NCBI RefSeq assembly: GCF_009914755.1
Contig: NC_060929.1
DNA: 64,000 nt
Origin: the human T2T-CHM13v2.0 reference genome, Homo sapiens
Reading direction: 5' to 3' (one strand)
A model generated the notes under the pieces. The model was not told the DNA's origin, ran no database searches, and worked only from the letters and a program-made list of their open reading frames with translations. Below are positions 55,501 through 64,000 of the stretch, one piece after another (the first letter of the stretch is position 1; the number at the start of each line of letters is the position of its first letter). A program made the translations under genes and the position numbers.

Positions 55501-58500
55501 TTTTCTTCTAGAAGTTTTATGTTTTCAGGTGTTACATTTAAGTAGTTAACCCATTTTGAATTGATTTTTGTGTATGGTATAAGATAAAGGTCCAATTTTA
55601 TTCTTTTTCAGGTGGATATTCAATTTTCCCAGCACAATTTGTTGAAGAGACTATCCTTTCCCATTGTGTATTCTTGACTTCCTTGTCAAAGATCAACTGA
55701 TCAAATATACATGGGTTTATTCTGGGGTCTCCATTCTATCCCACTGGTCTATATGTTTTTGGTTTTTGTTTTTTATGCCACAGTACCATACTATTTTGAT
55801 TGCTGTAGCTTTGTAACATATTTTGAAATCAGGAACTTCCAGCTTTGTTCTTACTCAAAATTGCTTTGACTCTTCAGGTCTTTCCTGGTTTCATATGAAT
55901 GTCAGGATTACTTTTTCTATTTCTCTAAAAAATGTCATTGGAATGGTAATAGAGCTTGCACTGAATCTATAGATTGCTTTGAGTAGTGTAGACATTTTAA
56001 CAAGATTGATTCTTCTAATACATAAACATAGGATGCCTTTACATTTATTTGTATCTCCTTTAATTTCTTTCATTGGTGTTTAATGGCTTTCAGTATATAA
56101 GCCTTTCACCTCCTTGGTTAAGTTTATTTCAGAGTATTACATTATTTTTGATGTTATTGTAAATGAGATTGTTTTCTTAATTTTCTTTTTGAATAATTCA
56201 TTGTTTATCTATAGAAATGCAGTTGATTTTTGTTAGTGTATAGAAATATGTGTTGATTTTGTATTCTACAACTGTGCCAAATTGTTTATCGATTCTAATA
56301 GGTTGTGTGTGTGTGTGTGTTTGTCTGTGTAATCTTTAGGTTTTTCTACATATAAGATTATGTCATCTGCAAACAGTTAATTTTATGCTGTCTTTTTCAA
56401 TTAGGGTATGTTTTATTTCTGTTTCTTGCTTAATTTCTCTGGCTAGAACTTCTAATACTATGGTAAATATAAGTGGTGAGAGTGAGCATCCTTGTCTTGT
56501 TCCTGATCTTAGAGGAAAATCTTTCAGTTTTTCACCATTCACTATAATGTTAGCTGTGTATATGGAGTTTGTATATATGGACTTTATTGTGTTAAGGTAA
56601 GTTCCTTTTATACCTAACTTTTTGAGAGTTTTCATCATAAAAGGATGTTGAATTTCACCAAATGCTTTTTCTGCATCTAATGGAATAATCATGTTATTTT
56701 TATCCTTTATTCTGTTAATGTGATGTATCATATTGTTTGATTTGCATATGTGAACCATCTTTGCATTCCAGGGATAATTTCTTCTTGGTCACAATGTATG
56801 GTCCTTTTAATATGCTGAAAAATTTGGTTTGTTATTATTTATTTGAGGATTTTTGCACTCATGTTCTTTGAGGATATTGCCCTGTAGTTTCCTTTTTATC
56901 TGATATTTTTGTCAGCTTTGGTATTAGGGTGATGCTGACATCACAAAGAATTTGGAAGTGTTCCTTCTACTTCTGTTTTTTAAAGAGTGTAATAAAAATT
57001 CGTGTCAATTTTTTTAACGTTTGGTAGAATTTATTTGTGAAGCCATCTGGTCCTGGGCTTTTCTTTGCTGGAAGATTTTGATTACTGATTCAGTCTCCTT
57101 ATATTGAATGAACAGTTAAATAGAAACAGTTATTGGTCTGTTTAAGCTTTTTATTTCTTCTTGATTTAGTCTTGGTAGGTTGTATGTTTCTAGAAATTTA
57201 TCCATTTCTCCTATGTTGTCCAATTTGTTGGCATATAATTCTCACTAATAGTTCTCTATGAGCTTTCTTATTTCTTTATCTTTTTCATTTCATTACTGGT
57301 TGTAGTTGTCTCCTCTTCCATTTCTGGAACATGTTATTTTGGTAAGCCTTATCTCTTTTTCTCTTAGCCTAATTAAGCTTTTGTTGATTTTGCTTATCTT
57401 TTTAAATAACCAACCTTTTATTAATGTTTTCCAATGCTTTTTTATGCTATATTTCACTTATTTTTTCTCTAATCTCCATTCTCTTCCTCCTGTTAACTTT
57501 GGGCTTAGTTTGTTATTTTTCTAATTTATTGAGGTATAATGTTAGTTATTTATTTCAGGTCTTTATTTTTAATGTAGGTGTTTATTATTATAAATCTTCC
57601 CTCTTAGTACTGCTTTTGCTGCACTCCATAAGTTTGGATATGTTGTATTATCATTTTCATTTGTCTCAAAATATTGTCTAATTTCCCTTTAATTTATTCT
57701 TTGACCCAATGATTGTAAAAGAATGTGTTTTTTGAATTTTCATGTACCTATAAATTTTTCAGTGTTGTTTTTGTTATTAATTTCTCATTTCATCCTATTG
57801 TGGCTGAAAAAATATTTCGAATGACTTGAATCTTAAATTTTTTAAGGATTGTCTTATGGTCTAGCTTGTGATCTATGGTGGATAATTTTCCACGCTCACT
57901 TGAAAAGAATGTGTTTTCTGATGCTGTTGGATAGAATGTTCTGTATATTGCCATTAGGTCCATTTGGTCTACAGTATTGTTCAATTCCACTGTTTCCTTA
58001 TTGATTTTCTGTCTGAATGATTTGTCCATTACTGTAAGTGGGGTATTGGAGTCCCCTGCTATTGTTGTATTGCTGTCTATTTCTCCATTCAGGTCTGTCA
58101 ATGTTTGCTTTATATGTTTAGATATTCTGATATAGTGTGCATATATATTTATAATTGTTATATCTTCCTGTCAAGTTGATTTTATCATTATGTAATAACT
58201 TTCTTTGTCTCTTGTGACAGTTTGTCTTAAAGTAATATATTTTTCATCCTTTCACTTTCAGCTTATGTGTGCCATTACATCTAAAGTTGGTCTCTTGTAG
58301 ACAACATATAGTTGAATCTTAAAAAAATTTCATTTAGCCACTCTATCTTTTGGATGGTGAGTCTATTTACATTTAAAGTAATTGTTTATAGGTAAGAGCT
58401 TACTATTGCCATTTTGTTGGTAATGTTCTGTCTGTTTTGTAGTGTTTTTGTTCATTTCTTCTTCTCCTACTATTTTCCTTTGTTTGATGATTTTTTTTAT

Positions 58501-60417
58501 AGTGATAAACTTTGATTGTTTTCTCTATCTTTTCTGAATCTGCTACAGGATTTTTTTGTGTGGTTACCATGTGGCATGTATAAAACTTCTTATTGTTATA
58601 ACAGGATTTTTTGAGGTGATAACAACTTCAGCTGCATATGAAAGCTATAATTTTACTTCCTCCTCCCACACACTTTATGTTATTAATGTCAGAATTTACT
58701 TTTTATATTTTGTATTAATTAACTATTTTTTGTGGTTATAGCCATTCTTAATACTTTTGTCTCTTAATGTTTACTCCAAGGTTAAAAGTGATTTTTGCAC
58801 TACCATTATGACATTACATTATTCTGTATTTGTCCATATATTTACATTTACCAGTGAGATTTATACTTTCATGTGCTTTTGTGTTGTTTAGTGTTCTCTC
58901 ATTTCAACTTGAAGGACTCTATTTAGCACTTCTTGTAAGGCAGATTCTAATGGTGATAAACTGCTTCAAGTGTTTGTTTGTCTGGGAAAGTCTTTCTCGC
59001 CTTCATTTTTAAATAATAGTTTTGCCAGGGTTGGCAGAGTTTTTTTTTTCTTTCAGCATTTTGAATATATTACCCACCTTCTTCCTCACTTTCAGGAAGG
59101 TTTCTAATGAGAAATATACTGATCATCTTCTAAGGGTTCTCTTGTATGTGACCAGTCATTCTTTCTTTGCTGCTTTCAAAAGTCTCTTTTTATCTTCGAA
59201 TTTCAACAATTTAATTATAATGTGTCTCAAGTGTAGACATCTTTAGGTTCAAACTACTTAAGATCCTTTAAGCTTAATGAATTTGAAAGTTCATTTTCAT
59301 CCTTAGAAATGTGAAGTTTTCAGCCATTATTTCTTGAAATAAACTTTCTTCTTCGTTTTCTCCTTCTTCTCTTTTTTAAACTACTGTAATGCACATATAG
59401 TTTTGCTTGATGGTGTCCCATAAGTCCTATAGGCTTTTTTCACTCATTTTCTTTGTTTGTTTATTTTATTCTTCTAACTGTGTTATTTCAAGTAAACTGT
59501 CTTTGAGCTCACTGATTCTTCTCCTTGATTGAGTCTGATGTTGAAGCTGTCTATTGAATTTTTTTAGTGCGTCACTGTGTCCTTCATTTACAAAATTTCT
59601 GTTTGATGCTTTTTTATTGTTTCTATCCCTTTGTTGAACTTCTTATTTTGTTCATGTATTGCTTTGTGATTTTATTTAGTTGTCTATCATGTTCTCCTGT
59701 AGCTCACCGAACTTCTTTAAGATAATTATTTTAAATTATTTGTCAGGTAATTCATAGATATCCATTTCTTTAGGTTCATTTACTGAAGTTTTTTTTTTTT
59801 CCTTTGGCAGCGTCATAGTTTCCTGATTCTTTATGATCCCTGTAGCCCTGCATTGGTGTCTATGCATTTGAAGAAGTGGTCATCTCTTCCAGTCTTTACA
59901 GATTCGTTGCTTCAGCAACGAAAGCCTTTCACCACCATGGTCGGAGACTCTAAGCAGACCAACTGGCAGGGTCCATGGGTGGGCAGACCTAGTGGCAGAG
60001 TCCATGGATGGGCCTACTGCTAGAGTCTACAGATTGATAGGTGTGATGCCTGAGTCCATGGGCAGGTGGGCCTAATGTCTCGGTCTAAGGCAAGCCTGCT
60101 GCCAGGATACATGGCAAAGTCAGATACTTACATCACTCTCCCTTTCCCTTATGAAATAACCCACAGGCTGATGGAATCTTCCTCAGTGCTGTGCTGTGTT
60201 GGCTTGCAAGAGAAGTGGCGTGGGTAAAGTGTAACTATTCTTACTCTCTGAAACGTGTCCTTTCTTTTTCTGTTCTTCACTTGAGTGCTGTAATGTCTTA
60301 CCTGAAATCTAGAGATCTCAGGAAGGTATTCTTGACTATGGGTGGATGTTAAGTCCACGTTTCTGTAAATGAATAAGGGCTGGAACCTTCTATTCCATCA
60401 TCTTGCTAACATCACTC
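52562..60417 (-). mobile_element. Essentially full-length old L1 (L1MA9-like), interrupted by L1PA7
   Basis: 3' UTR at 52570-53090; ORF2 RT ([14 protein letters not shown], 56363-56758) and endonuclease (TTIAGDSNTPLT, 57790-58101) pieces; ORF1-like 58950-59750. 5' terminus GAGTGATGTTAGCAAGATGATGGAATAG on minus. Confidence 0.88.
53101..54758 (-). mobile_element. 5'-truncated L1PA7-like element
   Basis: 3' end TTATTATACTTTAAGTTCTGGGG...CCCGTCATCTACATTAGGTATTTCTCCTAATGC; ORF2 C-terminal ORFs. Perfect 13-bp TSD TCACATTTTCTTT at 53088-53100 and 54759-54771. Confidence 0.93.
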
Positions 60418-61401
60418 TGTAATACCTTTCCAATGGGGCTTCCTGTTTGGGGTCTCTCTACCTCTTAATCATTCGAGATAAGAACTAATCTTACTTACAT
60501 ACTTTCTTCATGTCAGTCCTAGACTCAAGAACTTCTGATAGCTTTAATATGACTATCAAATATAAGTTCAAACCTCTCTTTCTGACATTCCAGGTCCTGC
60601 CACTGGGCTATCACACCTGCTCTGCTTTCCTCACCTATGGTTTGTACCCCAGTCATTTGGAGTCTCTTATTGAGACCCAGAGAAAACCCTGTGCCTTCCT
60701 GTTCTTTCGTCTTTGCCCTTGCTCTTGACATTGCCTCTCTATTGTCATTCATCTCTTTAAATTATTCTCAACTACTTCAAGTTCTACTTACATTACCAAA
60801 TAATCTACAAAAAGCCACTCCATAATAATTTCAGCCCATAGCAACCTATATTCTATTTTTCTTTTCATAATACTTAGTAGGAGTTCTCCATATTTCTATA
60901 TTTGATTTTCTTCAATGTGTATGTTGTCTGCTAATATTATCTAATGTTTCAACTGCAAGTTCTGTTCTAAAAAGTCTCAGGATTTCCTCCTGTGCATTTT
61001 AACTCTGAGTAAGGTAGGCAGGATGCCTTGCATTCAGCTTTATTGTCCAGAGAGATGAAGACAGTTCCTGAAGGTACAGGTAAGCAAAAATAAGATAACA
61101 CATTTTATTGAGTGGGTACGTGTGTGTATTTTCAAAAATGTCATAACCATTATAAAAAGAAAACTGTCTTAAGCCACAAAATATTTAATGGAGTAAATAT
61201 GTGAATTATACTTTTTGTTTATCTCTGGTCTTAACTGCCATCTCTGCTAAGAAAAAAAAACAAAAACAAAACATGATTTTCTTTGTATTACATGATTTGA
61301 TAAGAGTCTCAACTGAATTTTCATCTTAGAGTCAAAGCTTTTCTTTGGCATACTTATATCTGGTGCCTTAAGGATCTAAAAGTATGAGGCTAAACAAACT
61401 C

Positions 61402-61485
61402 CCTGCCTCCCTCCCTCCCTCCCTCCTTTCCTTCCTTCCCTCCCTCCCTTCCTCCCTCCCTTCCTTCCTTCCTTCTTTCCTTCTC
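61402..61485. repeat. (CCCT/CCTT)n polypyrimidine microsatellite at an L2 tail
   Basis: Direct reading. Adjoins the antisense L2 end CAACAAATATTTATTGAG. Confidence 0.9.
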
Positions 61486-61600
61486 TCAACAAATATTTAT
61501 TGAGCCATCACCATATTTCAGGCTATGTACTAGGTGTTGCTGATATAACAGCAAGCCTATTGGACATAATCCCTGTCCTAATAAATTCATAGTCAAATAA
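61486..61600 (-). mobile_element. L2 3' end
   Basis: CAACAAATATTTATTGAGCC...CAGGCTATGTACTAGGTGTTG. Confidence 0.7.
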
Positions 61601-61896
61601 GCACTCCTGTTGAAAAACTCAGCTGTATATGCTGACCAATCAAAACCTCAATGTCTTTAATTTTCAGCTAATATAAGAAAAATACTGTTGAGAGAGAGAG
61701 AAAAACAATGTATCCTATTTTATCTCTCAACTCATAGTAATTCCTGTTTCTTTAATTCTTGGTCTTCAAAAAAAGAAAGAATTGTGGGTCAGCATTTATC
61801 ATGCATCTATAAGAAGTGGGCAGCACCCTCATCAGCAGTGCTAAAAGATGTGCAGTGATTCCCTCTCAAATGGAGCCACTGTAAGAAAGTAATTAT

Positions 61897-62390
61897 GTTA
61901 TGTGAATCACCTGATTCTGGCTGACCTACAAGTCACAGTAGTCCTCCCAACTTCTTCAATGCTAGCACAAAGATCAGTGGGTAAGCCGGGCCCTAACCAC
62001 ACATAGTGTTCTTGACCACAGTGTTGGTTTCACAGGAGTGCATGTAACCTCTTCTGGGCCAATCAGAGCTCTTCTTTGAGATTTTCTGCTTGGGAGCAGA
62101 ATGAGAGTTTTTACTTCACCCTCTAGGTTCAAGGAACAGAAAAAATGCGAGCCTAAATTTGCCTGCTACCTCATTGTCCAAGAGATGAAAGATATCCACT
62201 ACATTTGTAAAGAATGAAATCAACCCTCAGGGGGGAAAAAGAGACCTGAAAGAAGAGGAGAAAAGAAATGTCTCTAGGACATCATCTGAGCCCCTCAATA
62301 TGGCTGTGCTTAAAGCCAAACCTAATAAATGCCATATTTTGCATAAGCTAGTTTGGGTTTAACCTCATGTCATTTGCAATTAACAAATGT
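61897..62390 (+). mobile_element. Old MLT1 (J/K-like) LTR
   Basis: TGACCACAGTG...CATGTAACCTCTTCTGGGCCAATCAGAG...GACATCATCTGAGCCCC...GTCATTTGCAA. Confidence 0.6.
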
Positions 62391-62659
62391 TAGCAGCTTC
62401 TTTGGATTATTAATTGTTGCTTGTGAACGTTTATTAAAGGATATGTTTCCTAATGCTTACTTATTATTTAAAAGAAAACATGTGTGTCTATGTGTATGTA
62501 TATATGTACAGGTATATGTATGTGCTTTCTTCTGAGCACATTAGAAGCAGGCAAAGAGGGATTCTAAGGGGAGCTTTAAGCCTTGAAAAGTATAGCTTCA
62601 TCATAGATAAACAAGGCCTATCATGTCATTCAATGAAGCAGGTGACTTAATCCACTTGA

Positions 62660-64000
62660 AGAATATTTATTGAGCAGTTATCTTTTCATTTTTTTGAGTC
62701 TACTAGAACAAACATGCCACTTTTTTTTACATAAAAGGCACATACCATATATAATATTTAGGATTTTTTTCTAGTCACTTAACAATATATTTTAGAGCTA
62801 CAATAAAACTCTACTTCATTCTTCCTTTATGGCTTTTTACTTTACTACTAAATAAATGTTTTATATTTTAATAGTTGTCTATGAATGGAAAACTATTATT
62901 TTTAGTTTCTTGCTGCTACACAAAAGTAATTATGATAAATGGTCATGTAGGTATATCTTTGCTCTCCAAAAAGTTGGGCATTTAGAAGTTGAGCAGATTT
63001 TGCCCAATTCTTGCTCAAAGACCTTTTACCAAATTGTACTCACACCCACAGTGTATGAAAGTGAATCTCTGCACCCTTGGCTCTGCTATATTGTCGTTTT
63101 TTAAATCTTCATCCATCTTATGGATGAAAAAAAGATATTTCAATGTTCTCATTTACATTTTTAAAATTATTCATGAACCTGATTATTTTTACAAATTTGG
63201 AAGCCATTTTATTTATTTTTCTGTGAATTGCCTGTTCATATTATTTATGTAATTTCATTGTTTTTCTTCCAAATTTGTCATAGCACTTTAATATTGAAAA
63301 CAAGTTCCCTCTGTTCATTTTTATGTGTTGCAATATGCTCTTGCTTTATTTGTTTATTTATTTATTTACTATGTGTATGGTATAATTTTCTACATAGCAG
63401 TTTTTGTTTTTATTTTTGAGACAGGGTCTCACTCTGGTCACCCAGGCTGGAGTGCAGTGGTGTGACCTCCCAGGCTCAGATGAACCTCCCACCTCAGCCT
63501 CCTGGGTAGCTGTGACTACAGGTGCATGTCACCACATGCAGATAATTTTTTGCATTTTTAGTAGAGTTGGATTTTGCCATGTTGCCCAGGCTTGTCTCGA
63601 ACTCTTGGGCTCAAGTGATTTGCCTGCCTCAGCCTCCCAAAGTGCTGGGATTACAGATATGAGCCATCCACCTGGCTAGTTCTTAATTTTTGTATCTGTA
63701 AATGTATCACTCTTTTTATAGCTGCAGTTTTGTGCCTTGTTTTGAAAGAATTTTCTCACTCCAAGCAAGACTTAAAATAAACACAGTATATCCACATTTT
63801 CTTTTAGTACTTTTATTAGTTCATTTGTATATTTAAAATTTTTATCATGATGGAATTTATGTGAATAAGAAAAGAATTGAATTTTATGTCTCCTCAAACT
63901 GTTCATGGTATAATTCTTCCTTTTCCACTGATTGTAAATACTATTTTATTGTATATTTAATTACTAATATATTTGGGTGTATTATTTAGTGGTTTACTAT
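62660..64000 (-). mobile_element. Old L1 (L1ME-like) 3' region, interrupted by AluJ
   Basis: TTGTACTCACACCCACAGTGTATGAAAGTG; TTTTTCTGTGAATTGCCTGTTCAT. Confidence 0.65.
63401..63676 (-). mobile_element. AluJ with a short internal deletion
   Basis: GAGACAGGGTCTCACTCTG...CCATGTTGCCCAGGC...CTTGGGCTCAAGTGAT are AluJ diagnostics. Confidence 0.9.

Overview
Primate (human-like, AluY present) genomic DNA that reads as intergenic or deep intronic sequence. Most of it is decayed transposable elements: LINE-1 of several ages, L2, MIR, Alu, MaLR/ERVL LTRs and hAT/Tigger DNA transposons. I recognise no protein-coding gene, RNA gene or CRISPR array. The ORF track is explained by L1 ORF2 fragments, Alu-derived frames and chance ORFs. 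Repeat subfamily names come from remembered consensus sequences, not from a search, and the boundaries of old elements are approximate. I found no convincing new biological system. The most notable structures are: a ~460-bp palindromic AT-rich array inside a twin-primed L1PB1; a 125-bp locally templated insertion inside a MER58A terminal repeat; an L1 with two tandem 3' ends under one target-site duplication (TSD); target sites that were hit twice; a rearranged MSTA provirus; three CTCF motifs in divergent orientation; and two candidate minus-strand exons, one with a perfect TACTAAC branch point.
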